Translations under genes and position numbers: made by a program
Shown here: positions 15,793-25,957 of the stretch, piece after piece
Numbering within the stretch: the stretch's first letter is position 1
Layout: each line of letters opens with the position of its first letter
Notes under the pieces: model-generated
Seen by the model: only the letters and a program-made list of their open reading frames with translations
What the model was told of the DNA's origin: nothing
Database searches by the model: none
Source: Polyangiaceae bacterium
GTDB taxonomy: Bacteria > Myxococcota_A > Polyangia > Polyangiales > Polyangiaceae
Direction: 5' to 3'
Length of the DNA: 47,423 bases
Assembly (NCBI GenBank): GCA_035063585.1
Contig: JAPSGB010000035.1
Span: 1-47,423 of the forward strand

Positions 15793-17952
15793 ATGGTCGA
15801 TGGCCTGAACCCTCCGCAGCGGCTGGCGGTGACCACGCGCTCCGGCCCTCTGCTCGTGCTCGCTGGCGCCGGCACCGGCAAGACCCGCGTCATCACGTTC
15901 CGCATCGCCGAGCTCATCCGGCACGGCACCCGACCGGACCGCATCCTGGCGGTCACCTTCACCAACAAAGCCGCGCGCGAGATGAAGGAGCGCGCCATGA
16001 AGTTGCTCGGGCGACGGAAGCGGAACGCCGCCGCGCCCGAGATCTCGACCTTCCACTCGCTCTGCGTGCGGATCTTGCGCCGGCACATCGAGCGGCTCGG
16101 CTACCCGAGTCGCTTCACCATTTACGACCGCGGCGACCAGGAGAGCGTCGCGCGCGCGGCGCTGCGCGATCTCCGCGTCGGGCACGAGAAGCTCCGCCCC
16201 GGCGACCTCATCTACCTGATCGGAGGCTGGAAGAGCCACTCGGTCCGGCCGGCTCAGGCCCTCGAGCTCGCGAAATCCGGTCGCGAGGAGCTCGCGGCGC
16301 TGGCCTACGAGAAGTACCAGCAGTCGCTCCGCGTGAGCGGCGCCGTGGACTTCGACGATCTGCTCCTCCTCACCGAGGAGCTCTTCGACCGCTTCCCGGC
16401 CGCCAAGATCGCGGAGGCCACCCGCTATGATCACCTGCTCATCGACGAGTACCAGGACACCAACGGGCTCCAGTACCGCATCGTGCGGGCGCTCGCCGAG
16501 CGCCACCGGAACCTCTGCGTGGTCGGCGACGACGACCAGTCCATCTACGGCTGGCGCGGCGCGGAAGTGACCCACATCTTGAGCTTTGCGAACGACTGGC
16601 CCGAGGCGAAGATTGTAAAGCTCGAGGACAACTATCGCTCCCGCGCGCCCATCCTCCAGCTCGCCAACACGCTCATTTCCCACAACTCCACCCGCCACGG
16701 CAAGACGCTCCGCGCGGCGCGCGGCGAGGGAGACACGCCCCGATTCCTGCGCTTCGAGGACGAGGCCCTCGAGGCGCAGGGCGTCGCCCGTGAGCTCGCC
16801 CAGCGGCTCGATCCGATGGGCGACGGGCCGAAGCCGGTCGCGAGCGACTTTGCCATCCTGTTTCGCACCAACGAGCAGCCGCGCGCGTTCGAGGTCGAGC
16901 TCCGCCGCGAAAAGATCCCTTACGTCCTGGTGGGCGGGCTCTCGTTCTACGACCGGAAGGAGATCCGCGATCTCCTCTCCTACCTCCGGGTGCTCGCGAA
17001 CCCCTCCGACGAGGTCTCGCTCCTCCGCATCATCAACACGCCCGCGCGCGGGATCGGCGCGAGCACCATCGAGATCCTGCTCGCCGACGCGGTCGCCAAG
17101 GGCGCGCCGCTCTGGTCCGTCCTGCCCGCCGCCATCGCCGACGGGCGCGTGCCCGAGCACGCCGGCCAGCGCATCGAGGCTTTCCGCAGCCTCATCGAGG
17201 ACTTTCGCGGGCGGCTCGGGACCACGCCGCTCAGCGAGCTCCTCACCTCGCTCATCGCCACGGTAGGCTACAAGGCCGAGCTCGAGCGCGCCTACAAGAC
17301 GAGCTCCGAGGCCGAGGCGCGGTGGGCCGGCGTCGAGGAGCTCGTGAACGCCGTCGCGCGCTACGAGGCGGACGCTGCGAACCCCTCGCTCGACGGGTTC
17401 CTCGAGGACTCCGCGATCGCTGGCCGCGACGACACCCGCGACGACAAGAAGGACCAGCGCCGCGAGCACGCGGTCACCCTGATGACGCTCCACAGCGCCA
17501 AGGGGCTCGAGTTCCCTCATGTCTACCTGGTCGGCATGGAAGAAGGGCTCATGCCGCACCGCCGCTCGGTGGCCGATGGCATGAGCCAGATCGCCGAGGA
17601 GCGGCGCCTCTGCTACGTGGGGGTCACGCGCGCTCAGGACACGCTCACCCTCACCCTGTGCAAGGGGCGCATGAAGTGGGGCAAGCTCCACCCGTCGATT
17701 CCGAGCCGATTCCTCATGGAAATGCGGGGCGAGACGGAGCGTGCCCAGAAGCTCGCCGCCGCCTCGGCGGAGCTCTTCGGAGCGACCGGCGACGCGGACG
17801 CAGAGCCGAAGGAGGACGCGAAGCGGGGAGCCAAGACCGGCAAGGCGAAGCGCGCCGCCGCGAAGCCCAAGAAGCCCGCGCGCGCCGTCGCGAGCCCGGG
17901 CAAGGCGCGAACGAAACGCGCGCCCGGCCGCTCGGCGAAGCTCGGACCATGA
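15793..17952 (+). CDS. UvrD/Rep/PcrA-family SF1 DNA helicase
   Basis: LNPPQ Q-motif, AGAGTGKT Walker A, VTFTNKAAREM, IDEYQDTN, VGDDDQSIYGWRGA, NYRS, TLHSAKGLEF, EERRLCYVGVTRA. Start ATG 15793. Confidence 0.95.
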   Translation: MVDGLNPPQRLAVTTRSGPLLVLAGAGTGKTRVITFRIAELIRHGTRPDRILAVTFTNKAAREMKERAMKLLGRRKRNAAAPEISTFHSLCVRILRRHIERLGYPSRFTIYDRGDQESVARAALRDLRVGHEKLRPGDLIYLIGGWKSHSVRPAQALELAKSGREELAALAYEKYQQSLRVSGAVDFDDLLLLTEELFDRFPAAKIAEATRYDHLLIDEYQDTNGLQYRIVRALAERHRNLCVVGDDDQSIYGWRGAEVTHILSFANDWPEAKIVKLEDNYRSRAPILQLANTLISHNSTRHGKTLRAARGEGDTPRFLRFEDEALEAQGVARELAQRLDPMGDGPKPVASDFAILFRTNEQPRAFEVELRREKIPYVLVGGLSFYDRKEIRDLLSYLRVLANPSDEVSLLRIINTPARGIGASTIEILLADAVAKGAPLWSVLPAAIADGRVPEHAGQRIEAFRSLIEDFRGRLGTTPLSELLTSLIATVGYKAELERAYKTSSEAEARWAGVEELVNAVARYEADAANPSLDGFLEDSAIAGRDDTRDDKKDQRREHAVTLMTLHSAKGLEFPHVYLVGMEEGLMPHRRSVADGMSQIAEERRLCYVGVTRAQDTLTLTLCKGRMKWGKLHPSIPSRFLMEMRGETERAQKLAAASAELFGATGDADAEPKEDAKRGAKTGKAKRAAAKPKKPARAVASPGKARTKRAPGRSAKLGP

Positions 17953-18941
17953 GCGCCGAGGAGGACCCGAGCCAGCGCGGAGCGCCAGGCCCGGGGGGCG
18001 TCCTCCGGCTCGCGCTGCTCGCCTTGCTCTGGCCCACGCTCTACCTGCTCCTCGCCCGCTACGGCGTCCTCGCCTTACCCGTCTCGCTCGCGCGGAGGCT
18101 CGACCTCCAGAGCTATCTCACGCTCGTGCAGCTCACGACGGTGGGGCTCGGTCTCCTGCTCGCGGGCGCGCTCATGGGCGGCGTGCGCGCCCCGCTCGGG
18201 CTCGGCCGCGCCTCGCCGCTCGGCCTCGCCTGCGCGGCGCTGCTCGCGCCCGCGCTCTACGTCGCCTCCAGCATGCTCGCGATCGAGCTCGCCCTGCCCA
18301 CCTTGCTCGACGAGCTCGCGCGCGGCGGCACCGAGCTCGCGGAGCGGAGCACCGGCGAGCTCGGCCGCTCGCTCGTGGCGACGCCGGCCGCGCTGGTGCT
18401 GCTCTGGGGCGCCGTCGTCTCACCGATCTCCGAGGAGCTGATGTTCCGCGGCGCCGTCTGGTCCGCGGTCCAGCGTCTGGTGCGCTGGCTCACCGGCCGC
18501 GGCCGCGGAGGTGAGCGGTCGCCGGCGCCCAGTTGGCTCGAGCCCGGCCCGCTCCTGCGGGTGAGCCGCGCCGCCGGGCGTTTTCTTCGCGACGGCGGCG
18601 TCGCGACGCTCGCCTCGGCGGCGCTCTTTGCCTGGATGCACGCCGACCGCCCCGGGGGCCTCGGCATCGTGCGCGTCGCGAGCGCGGCCGGGCTCGGCGT
18701 CGGCTGCGGGCTCGCGCGTCAGTGGTCCGGGAGCCTGCTCGCCGCGCTCGCCCTCCACGTGAGCTATAACACCCTCTCGATCGCCACTACCCGTCGCTGG
18801 GTGGTCACCGAGGGGTTCCCGCTCCGCCGCGGCATCCCCACCCTGCTCGAGCTGGTCGCGCTCGTGGGCCTCGCGCTCGCCGGCGGCCTGTGCCTCGCGG
18901 TGATGAGGCAGAGGCGCGCTGGCCGCTCTCTGCTCAGATGA
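17949..18941 (+). CDS. CPBP (CAAX/Abi) family intramembrane glutamic endopeptidase
   Basis: Multiple TM segments; EELMFRG, FAWMH and LHVSYN motifs; ATGA overlap with the helicase stop. Confidence 0.82.
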   Translation: MSAEEDPSQRGAPGPGGVLRLALLALLWPTLYLLLARYGVLALPVSLARRLDLQSYLTLVQLTTVGLGLLLAGALMGGVRAPLGLGRASPLGLACAALLAPALYVASSMLAIELALPTLLDELARGGTELAERSTGELGRSLVATPAALVLLWGAVVSPISEELMFRGAVWSAVQRLVRWLTGRGRGGERSPAPSWLEPGPLLRVSRAAGRFLRDGGVATLASAALFAWMHADRPGGLGIVRVASAAGLGVGCGLARQWSGSLLAALALHVSYNTLSIATTRRWVVTEGFPLRRGIPTLLELVALVGLALAGGLCLAVMRQRRAGRSLLR

Positions 18942-19938
18942 GCCCGGCGCGGTGGAGCGCCACGTCTGCCACGATGCCGAGCACGTAGAGCATGCCGAAG
19001 CGGCGCATGTGCAGGAACGCGAACGCCACGAACCAGAGCGGCCACACGTTTGGCGGCAGCTCGCGCGGGGGCTGCTTCGGCCGGGGGCGTGAGTACGCCT
19101 TGAGGACCAGCCGGAGGGTCGGCAGCGCGACCAACACCAAGAGCAGGATCGGCGAGAAGTACCGGACCGCGACCAGCGCCACGGCGATGCCGTACTGCGC
19201 CACGATCATCCCGACGGTCACCCAACGCGAGGCGCGCTCGCCGAGCAGCACCGGCATGGTGCGGATCCCCTTCGCCCGGTCCGCGTCGATCTTGTCGACG
19301 TGCTTGCCGAAGAGGACCGCCGTCGAACCGAGCGCGAAGGGCAGGCTCGCCGCCACCACCAGCCAGTCGAAACGCCCGGTGATCTCGTAGTACCCGCCCC
19401 CGACCATCAGCGGCCCCCAGACGAGCAGCACGGTCGGCTCGCCGAGGCCGATGTACTTGAGCGGCCAGGTGTAAAAGAGCACGAGCAGGATGCCGATCCC
19501 GAATAGGATGAGCGTCGCCTGTCCGCGCAGGAAGACCAGCGCGACGCCCGCCGCGAGCGCCACGACTCCGCTGAAGATCGCGTAGCGGATGAGCCCGGCC
19601 GGCGTCATGAGCCCGTGCTCGAGCGGCTGCGGCCCGTACTGCGCGCGGAAATAGTTGTCCTTGTCGACGCCCTTCTTGTGATCGGTGAGGTCGTTGACGA
19701 TGTTGTTGGTTGCGTGCGCGAACACCAGCCCGAGGGTGACGAGCGACCAGATCTTCAGATCGAACAGCCGGTCGCGCGCGGCGAGCAGCCCCGCGATCGC
19801 GCTCGAGATGACCGTCATCACGATCACCGCCGAGCGCGTCGCGATGAGCCAGCGGCTCACCACGTCGAGCTCGTTCCACTCCTCCTTGCTGATCCGAGGG
19901 ATGACGCTGAGCGCGCGGCCCCACATGACGACATTCAT
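18934..19938 (-). CDS. menA: UbiA-family prenyltransferase, 1,4-dihydroxy-2-naphthoate polyprenyltransferase (MenA-like)
   Basis: NIVNDLTDHKKGVD, YTWPLKYIGLGE, DKIDADRAKGIRTMPVLLG; multi-TM. Start ATG 19938. Confidence 0.8.
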   Translation of the reverse strand: MNVVMWGRALSVIPRISKEEWNELDVVSRWLIATRSAVIVMTVISSAIAGLLAARDRLFDLKIWSLVTLGLVFAHATNNIVNDLTDHKKGVDKDNYFRAQYGPQPLEHGLMTPAGLIRYAIFSGVVALAAGVALVFLRGQATLILFGIGILLVLFYTWPLKYIGLGEPTVLLVWGPLMVGGGYYEITGRFDWLVVAASLPFALGSTAVLFGKHVDKIDADRAKGIRTMPVLLGERASRWVTVGMIVAQYGIAVALVAVRYFSPILLLVLVALPTLRLVLKAYSRPRPKQPPRELPPNVWPLWFVAFAFLHMRRFGMLYVLGIVADVALHRAGLI

Positions 19939-20079
19939 GATGCGATTTCCTGGCTTGCCGGTTCGACGCGGCCGGCGGCGCGGCGCGAGGATAACGGCAG
20001 GGCTCGGCGAGAGCCAACGTCGCGGCGCAATTTCGCACGGATGCGAGCGCGCCCGCGACGTGGCAAGCTCGCCGGCGTG

Positions 20080-20598
20080 ATGAAGGCGGTTCGAACGGCG
20101 CTCCTCATGGCAACGCTCCTCGGCGGAGCTCGCGCGGCCGCGGCAGCGCCGCCGGCCGCGCCGAGCCTGCCCACCGCCCCCGCTCCCTCCTCCGACGACG
20201 CGCCGGTGCCGGGCGCTCAGGCGCTCGAGGGCAAGCTCATCGCGCCGTGCTGCTGGATGCAGACGGTCGACATCCACGACTCGCCCATCGCCCTCGAGCT
20301 CCGGGGCGAGGTGAGGCGGCGGCTGCGCGCGGGCGAGAGCGAGGACGCGATCCTCGCCAGCATGGTGAGCCGTTATGGCGAGCGGGTGCTGGCGGTGCCG
20401 CCCGGAAACCCGCTGAAGACCACCGCCGTGATCCTGGCGCTGGTGTTCGGAGCCGCCGGCGTCGGCGCGGGGGGCCTGCTCGTGCGCTGGCGGCGCCGCG
20501 CGCGCGCGGCAGAGAGCGCGGCAGAGGCCGCGCCCGCGACGCCGGCGACGCGCGACGCGCTCGACGACCGGATCGATGACGAGCTAGGCACGATGTAG
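20080..20598 (+). CDS. ccmH: Cytochrome c biogenesis CcmH/NrfF-like protein
   Basis: Signal peptide; LIAPCCWMQTVDIHDSPIA; GESEDAILASMVSRYGERVLAVPP; C-terminal TM helix. Confidence 0.75.
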   Translation: MKAVRTALLMATLLGGARAAAAAPPAAPSLPTAPAPSSDDAPVPGAQALEGKLIAPCCWMQTVDIHDSPIALELRGEVRRRLRAGESEDAILASMVSRYGERVLAVPPGNPLKTTAVILALVFGAAGVGAGGLLVRWRRRARAAESAAEAAPATPATRDALDDRIDDELGTM

Positions 20599-20635
20599 CT
20601 CGCCGGCGCGGGTCGCGCGCCGGCGCTGAAGGAGC

Positions 20636-22165
20636 TCACACCGGGAGCGCCACCAGGGGACTGCCGAACATCGGGTCGTCGGGCTTGGAGGCGAGCGCCT
20701 TCTGGAGGTCGAGCCCGAGCGCCTTCGCAACGCCGGCCGCGTAGGCCGGATCGGCGGCGTTGCAGTTGCGAATGTGGCGGTACTTCACGAACTCCGGGGC
20801 GTCGCCCATGGCGCGCGCGGTGTTGCCGAAGAGGGCCTCTCGCTCGGTATCGGTCATGAGCCGAAACAGCTTGCGAGGCTGCTCGAAGTAGTTCGAGTCA
20901 TCCTCGTGGAAGCTGAAGTGCCGGGCGTCGCCGTCGAGGCGGAGCGGCGGCTCGGCGAACGCGGGTTGGGCCTGCCACTGAGCGAAGCTGTTGGGCTCGT
21001 AGTGCGGCGAGCCGCCGTAGTTGTCATCCACACGACCCGTGCCATCGCGGTGGTTGCTGTGCACCGGGCAGCGCGCCCGGTTCACCGGGATCTGCTGGTA
21101 GTTGGTGCCCAAGCGATAGCGCTGCGCGTCCGCGTAGTTGATGAGCCGCGCCTGCAGCATACGATCGGGGCTCACGCCGATGCCCGGCACCAGGTTGCTC
21201 GGCGCGAACGCGCTCTGTTCGACGTCGAGGAAGAAGTTCTCGGGGTTCTTGTCGAGCACGAGCTCGCCGACCAGGATGAGCGGATAGTCCGCGTGCGGCC
21301 ACACCTTGGTCAGATCGAATGGGTGGTAGGGCACCTTCGCGGCGTCCGACTCGGGCATCACCTGCACGTACAGCTTCCATTTCGGGAAATCGCCGCGGTC
21401 GATGGCCTCGTAGAGATCTCGCTGGTGGCTCTCGCGGTCCCTGCCGATGAGCGCCTCGGCCTCGGCGTCGGTCAGGTTCTTGATCCCCTGCTGCGTCTTG
21501 AAGTGGAACTTCACCCAGAACCGCTCGCCGGCGGCGTTCCAGAAGCTGTAGGTGTGCGAGCCAAACCCATGCATGTGCCGATAGCTCGCGGGGATCCCCC
21601 GATCGCTCATCACCACCGTGATTTGGTGGAGCGCCTCGGGGAGCAGCGTCCAGTAGTCCCAGTTGTAGGTGGCGCTACGCAGGTTCGTGCGCGGATCGCG
21701 CTTCACGGCCTTGTTGAGATCGGGGAACTGGCGCGGATCGCGGATGAAGAAGACCGGCGTGTTGTTGCCGACCAGGTCCCAGTTGCCCTCTTCGGTGTAG
21801 AACTTGAGGGCGAAACCGCGGATGTCACGCTCGGCGTCGGCGGCGCCGCGCTCACCGGCCACGGTGGTGAAGCGGGCGAACAGCGCGGTCTGCTTGCCGA
21901 CCTTCTCGAAGAGCTTCGCGCGAGTGTAGCGCGTGATGTCCTCGGTCACCGTGAAGGTGCCGAAGGCGCCCGAGCCCTTCGCGTGCATCCTCCGCTCCGG
22001 AATGACCTCACGGACGAAGCTCGCGAGCTTCTCGTTCAGCCAGACGTCCTGCGCCAGGAGCGGACCGCGGGGCCCGGCGCTCGCGCTGTCGCGATTGGTG
22101 GGAACCGGCGCGCCGAAATCGGTCGTCAGCAGGGTGGCGGGGCACTTCGGCGGGTCGTGACTCAT
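20636..22165 (-). CDS. katA: Monofunctional haem catalase (small subunit)
   Basis: [18 protein letters not shown] active-site signature, [14 protein letters not shown], proximal ligand motif [14 protein letters not shown]. Start ATG 22165. Confidence 0.95.
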   Translation of the reverse strand: MSHDPPKCPATLLTTDFGAPVPTNRDSASAGPRGPLLAQDVWLNEKLASFVREVIPERRMHAKGSGAFGTFTVTEDITRYTRAKLFEKVGKQTALFARFTTVAGERGAADAERDIRGFALKFYTEEGNWDLVGNNTPVFFIRDPRQFPDLNKAVKRDPRTNLRSATYNWDYWTLLPEALHQITVVMSDRGIPASYRHMHGFGSHTYSFWNAAGERFWVKFHFKTQQGIKNLTDAEAEALIGRDRESHQRDLYEAIDRGDFPKWKLYVQVMPESDAAKVPYHPFDLTKVWPHADYPLILVGELVLDKNPENFFLDVEQSAFAPSNLVPGIGVSPDRMLQARLINYADAQRYRLGTNYQQIPVNRARCPVHSNHRDGTGRVDDNYGGSPHYEPNSFAQWQAQPAFAEPPLRLDGDARHFSFHEDDSNYFEQPRKLFRLMTDTEREALFGNTARAMGDAPEFVKYRHIRNCNAADPAYAAGVAKALGLDLQKALASKPDDPMFGSPLVALPV

Positions 22166-22385
22166 GGCGGATATCCTTTGGGGGTCGAGATCCTCGGGCG
22201 GACGGGAACGAGCGACGCCAATGCAGCATCCGTGCCGGGGTTCCGCCGCGGCGCTCGCGCAAGTCTCGCGCGCGCGACGCGGCTCGGGAGCGAAAACACC
22301 GGCGTACCCGCGCAACTCATGCGCGCCCGGCGCAATATACGCGCCACTCGCGCGTCAGCGCGACCGAGCTATGCTACCCCGAGTG

Positions 22386-23093
22386 ATGCACCGCATCATC
22401 TCGCCGGCGGCGCTGCTCATCGCGCTCGAGGTCGGCTGCGCGCGCGCCCCTCGGCCTCGCCCCGCGCTGCGCCAGGGCCCCGTGACCGCTCGCGCGAGCG
22501 CGTCTGCCGAGGACCGCGCCGCGGATTTCGGGCCGGAGCGTCCGACCGCGCCGCCGTCGGGCCCGGCGGCGCCACCGGCGACCGCCGCGCGCGCGGCGCC
22601 GCTGCCCCCCTCCGCGCGCGCCGGCGAGCGCTGGCCGTTTCATGCGTGGAACCGCGGTGAGGCGGTGACCTTCAACCACTTCGCGCTCCGCCCCGAGGTG
22701 AGCCTCTACGCGGTGAACGACCGCGGGTGGAGCCCGTACCTGGTCGAGGCGAGGCCGCTCGACGAGGCTCAGGTCCGGCGCGCGGTCGAGCTCATCGAGG
22801 CTACCCGAGGGGAAGTCGAGATCTCGAAATGCCCCTTCCCCCGGCACGCGGTCGTGCTCTATGACGGGCAGACGCCGGTCGCGAGCATCAACGTGTGCTT
22901 CGAGTGCGGCGACATCCTGCTCTGGCCGGCTTGGGAGCCCGCCTCGGACGACGCCTCCATGAGCGAGCGGGAGATGAAGCGCGCGCAAGGGCGGGCCCAA
23001 GCGAAGCTGAAGCTCTACGAGGCGGTGTTTCCGCACTGGCGAGCCTTCTTCGGCGAGGAGCTCGGGTTTCCGATCGAGCAGCGCTACGAGTGA
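22386..23093 (+). CDS. Hypothetical lipoprotein with C-x2-PRH...CFEC motif
   Basis: Leader ending LEVGC, Pro/Ala linker, then a globular domain containing KCPFPRHAVVLY and NVCFECG. Confidence 0.6.
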   Translation: MHRIISPAALLIALEVGCARAPRPRPALRQGPVTARASASAEDRAADFGPERPTAPPSGPAAPPATAARAAPLPPSARAGERWPFHAWNRGEAVTFNHFALRPEVSLYAVNDRGWSPYLVEARPLDEAQVRRAVELIEATRGEVEISKCPFPRHAVVLYDGQTPVASINVCFECGDILLWPAWEPASDDASMSEREMKRAQGRAQAKLKLYEAVFPHWRAFFGEELGFPIEQRYE

Positions 23094-23212
23094 CGCACGG
23101 GCGGCTGTCATCCGTCATGGGGGGGCCTTGATGGTCAACTTGACCGGATGTAAAAAGCGGCCTGACACGTGGGTCGGAACCCCGCCGCGCCCGCGAGATC
23201 CTGGAGACCCGC

Positions 23213-23572
23213 GTGGAAGAATGGGGCGCAGCGCTCGCGTTTCTCGTCCTTTCCGGCGCCGTCGGCGTCAGCATGCTCGTCGGCGCGCGGCTGCTCGCCG
23301 TGAAGGCGCGGCGTGAGTCGCCGCTGAAGACGCTGACCTACGAGTGCGGCGAAGAGCCCGAGGGTCCGGCGTGGATCAAGTTTCACCCGCGCTACTACGT
23401 CGTCGCGCTCGTCTTCGTCTTGTTCGACGTCGAGGCGGTGTTCCTCTTCCCCTGGGCGCTGGTGGTCCGCGAGCTCGGCGTCGTGGCGCTCCTGGACATG
23501 GCCGCCTTCATCGCCATCCTCCTGCTCGGGTGGGCTTACGCGCTCAAGAAAGGCGCGCTCGAATGGCAGTAG
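23213..23572 (+). CDS. nuoA: NADH-quinone oxidoreductase subunit A
   Basis: [38 protein letters not shown]. Confidence 0.95.
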   Translation: MEEWGAALAFLVLSGAVGVSMLVGARLLAVKARRESPLKTLTYECGEEPEGPAWIKFHPRYYVVALVFVLFDVEAVFLFPWALVVRELGVVALLDMAAFIAILLLGWAYALKKGALEWQ

Positions 23573-24276
23573 ACGAGAGCGACCGCACCTTCTCCCATCC
23601 GCTCTTCGACGTGATGCTCCGAGTGCCGGGGCTCGACGTCGCCACCGCGAGCGTCGATCAGCTCCTCACCTGGGGCATGAACAACTCGCTCTGGATCTTC
23701 CCGATGGCCACCAGCTGCTGCGGCATCGAGTTCATGGCCGCCGCCGCGAGCCGAGTGGATCTCGATCGCATGGGCTCCATCGTCCGCGCCACGCCGCGCC
23801 AGGCGGACGTGATGGTGGTGGCCGGCACCATCACGGTCAAGATGGCCCCCCGCGTGAAGCGGTTGTGGGAGCAGATGCCGGAGCCGAAGTGGTGCATCGC
23901 CATGGGCTCCTGCGCGATCTCGGGCGACTTCTACCGAGACGTGTACTCGGTCGTGCCCGGGATCGACACGTTCCTGCCGGTCGACGTGTACGTCCCTGGC
24001 TGCCCCCCGAACCCGGAGGCGCTGATGCACGGGCTGCTCCGTCTCCAAGAGAAGGTCCGCGCGGTGCGCGAGGGCAAGTGGCGCGAGCGGGAGACGCGCC
24101 CCGAGACGTCCCCGCACCAGCGCCGGCCGAGCGTGCCGCGCCTCGGCGATCCCGAGCGGCCGCCCGAGCTGAGCGCCGAACAGGAGCGCTCCGCCGAGCT
24201 CATCGGGCCGCACGGCGAGCTCAACCTGGTGCAGGTTCGGCGAAGGCCGAAGGGCAAGGAGCCAGAGGAGCCGTGA
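23563..24276 (+). CDS. nuoB: NADH-quinone oxidoreductase subunit B
   Basis: [34 protein letters not shown]. Confidence 0.95.
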   Translation: MAVDESDRTFSHPLFDVMLRVPGLDVATASVDQLLTWGMNNSLWIFPMATSCCGIEFMAAAASRVDLDRMGSIVRATPRQADVMVVAGTITVKMAPRVKRLWEQMPEPKWCIAMGSCAISGDFYRDVYSVVPGIDTFLPVDVYVPGCPPNPEALMHGLLRLQEKVRAVREGKWRERETRPETSPHQRRPSVPRLGDPERPPELSAEQERSAELIGPHGELNLVQVRRRPKGKEPEEP

Positions 24277-24761
24277 AGGGCGTCACCCTGGACGAGCGCG
24301 TCGTGGCGCTGCTCTCCAAGAAGTTCGAGGTCGGCGAGTTCGACGCGAGCCTGCCGCCGCTCGTGTCGCGGGAGCGTCACCTCCCGCTCGCGCGCGCGCT
24401 CCGCGACGAGCTCGGCTACCACATTTATGGTTTCTGCGTCGCGACGCACTGGCTCGAGACGACCCCCAAGGGCGGCGAGCCCGATCCGGAGCACTTCGAG
24501 GTGTCGACCGGGCTCCGGACACCCGGGCCGGGCTCGAAGCTGGCGGTCTGGCGCATCCGGCTCGAGCTCGGCGAGGCGCTCGCCTCTCTCGCGCACGAGT
24601 TTGCGGGCGCGGACTGGCAGGAGCGTGAGCAATACGATCTGGTGGGCGTCTACTTCGACGACCACCCCGATCTCCGCCGGCTCATGATGCCGGAGGACTG
24701 GGAGGGACACCCGCTCCGCAAGGACTACGCCATCGACACCGGGTGCGCGCCATGGCGATGA
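24273..24761 (+). CDS. nuoC: NADH-quinone oxidoreductase subunit C
   Basis: [44 protein letters not shown] overlap with nuoB. Confidence 0.92.
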   Translation: MKGVTLDERVVALLSKKFEVGEFDASLPPLVSRERHLPLARALRDELGYHIYGFCVATHWLETTPKGGEPDPEHFEVSTGLRTPGPGSKLAVWRIRLELGEALASLAHEFAGADWQEREQYDLVGVYFDDHPDLRRLMMPEDWEGHPLRKDYAIDTGCAPWR

Positions 24762-25957
24762 CCGCGCCGCTCGCGGCGCCTGCCCAGCCGCGGGTCGACC
24801 CCTACCTCGATGTCGAGGACTACGAGCCGGAGGCGGACCTCATGGTCTTGAACCTCGGGCCGCAGCACCCGTCGACGCACGGGGTCTTCCACGTGAAGCT
24901 CTACCTCGACGGGGAGATCATCATCAAGGCGGTGCCCTACGCTGGCTACCTGCACCGCGGCGTCGAGAAGCTCTGCGAGAAGCTCATGTTCACGCAGATC
25001 ACGCCCATCGTCGACAAGAACGACTACGTGTCGCCGATGATGAACGAGCAGGCGCTCAACCTGGCGTTCGAGGCGCTCCTCGGTGTCGAGGTGCCGCGCC
25101 GAGCGCGCTGGCTCCGCACCATCGAGGCGGAGCTCCAGCGGGCAGCGTCTCACCTGCTCTGGCTCGCCACCTTCGCGATGGATCTCGGCGGCGCGCTCGG
25201 CGGCGGCGCGACCCTCTTCATGCATTGCTTCCGTGAGCGCGAAGCCATCCTCGATCTCTTCGAAGAGGTGACCGGCTCGCGCTTCCACTACAACACGCAC
25301 ACCATCGGCGGTAACCGCCATGACATCACGCCGGGCTGGGCCGAGAAGGTCAAGGCGACCTTGGACGTCATCGAGGCGCGGATCCCCGAGTACGAGAGCC
25401 TCACCACGGGGAACCGGATCTTCGTCGATCGCACGCGCGGCGTCGGCGTCATCGACGGCGCGCTCGCCATGGAGCTCGGGATCACCGGACCCATCCTGCG
25501 CGCCGCGGGGGTGAGCCACGATCTCCGTCGCGACGCGCCGTATCACGCCTATGACGAGGTCGAGGTCCGGGTCGTGACCGAGACCGCGGGGGACTGCCAG
25601 GCGCGCTCGCTGGTGCGAATCGCGGAGCTCCGCGAGAGCCTCCGCATCGTGCGCGAGATGATCGACAACGTACCCTCCGGGCCCATCTGCGGGCACAAGC
25701 CCATCAAGATCGTGTCGCAGGAGCGCGCGACGAGCGGTCAGGCCTACGCCTGCCTCGAATCCCCCCGGGGCGAGCTCGGGACCTTCGTCATCGGCGGAGG
25801 CGCGAACAAGGGCTCGAGCCCTCATCGCCTGAAGCTCCGCTCGCCGAGCCTGCACGCGCTGTCCGCCCTGCCGTTCGTGTTGCCCGGCCACAACCTGAGC
25901 GACGCGGTGGCCATCCTCGGCTCGCTCGACCCCATCATGGGCGAGGTGGATCGATGA
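24758..25957 (+). CDS. nuoD: NADH-quinone oxidoreductase subunit D
   Basis: [41 protein letters not shown]-terminal DPIMGEVDR; no Ni-binding CxxC. Alternative start 24752. Confidence 0.95.
   Translation: MTAPLAAPAQPRVDPYLDVEDYEPEADLMVLNLGPQHPSTHGVFHVKLYLDGEIIIKAVPYAGYLHRGVEKLCEKLMFTQITPIVDKNDYVSPMMNEQALNLAFEALLGVEVPRRARWLRTIEAELQRAASHLLWLATFAMDLGGALGGGATLFMHCFREREAILDLFEEVTGSRFHYNTHTIGGNRHDITPGWAEKVKATLDVIEARIPEYESLTTGNRIFVDRTRGVGVIDGALAMELGITGPILRAAGVSHDLRRDAPYHAYDEVEVRVVTETAGDCQARSLVRIAELRESLRIVREMIDNVPSGPICGHKPIKIVSQERATSGQAYACLESPRGELGTFVIGGGANKGSSPHRLKLRSPSLHALSALPFVLPGHNLSDAVAILGSLDPIMGEVDR

Noticed and set aside
20774..22660. Long antisense ORFs (e.g. 628 aa opposite catalase; similarly 15694-17691, 27338-29218, 30175-31734, 38262-40190)
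   Set aside because: Shadow ORFs expected from high-GC codon bias. They mirror well-identified genes and show no family motifs.
23563..25957. Group 4 [NiFe]-hydrogenase interpretation of the N-module-less operon
   Set aside because: The large subunit lacks both Ni-binding CxxC motifs and ends GEVDR, NuoB has the adjacent CC of complex I, and no maturation genes are present.
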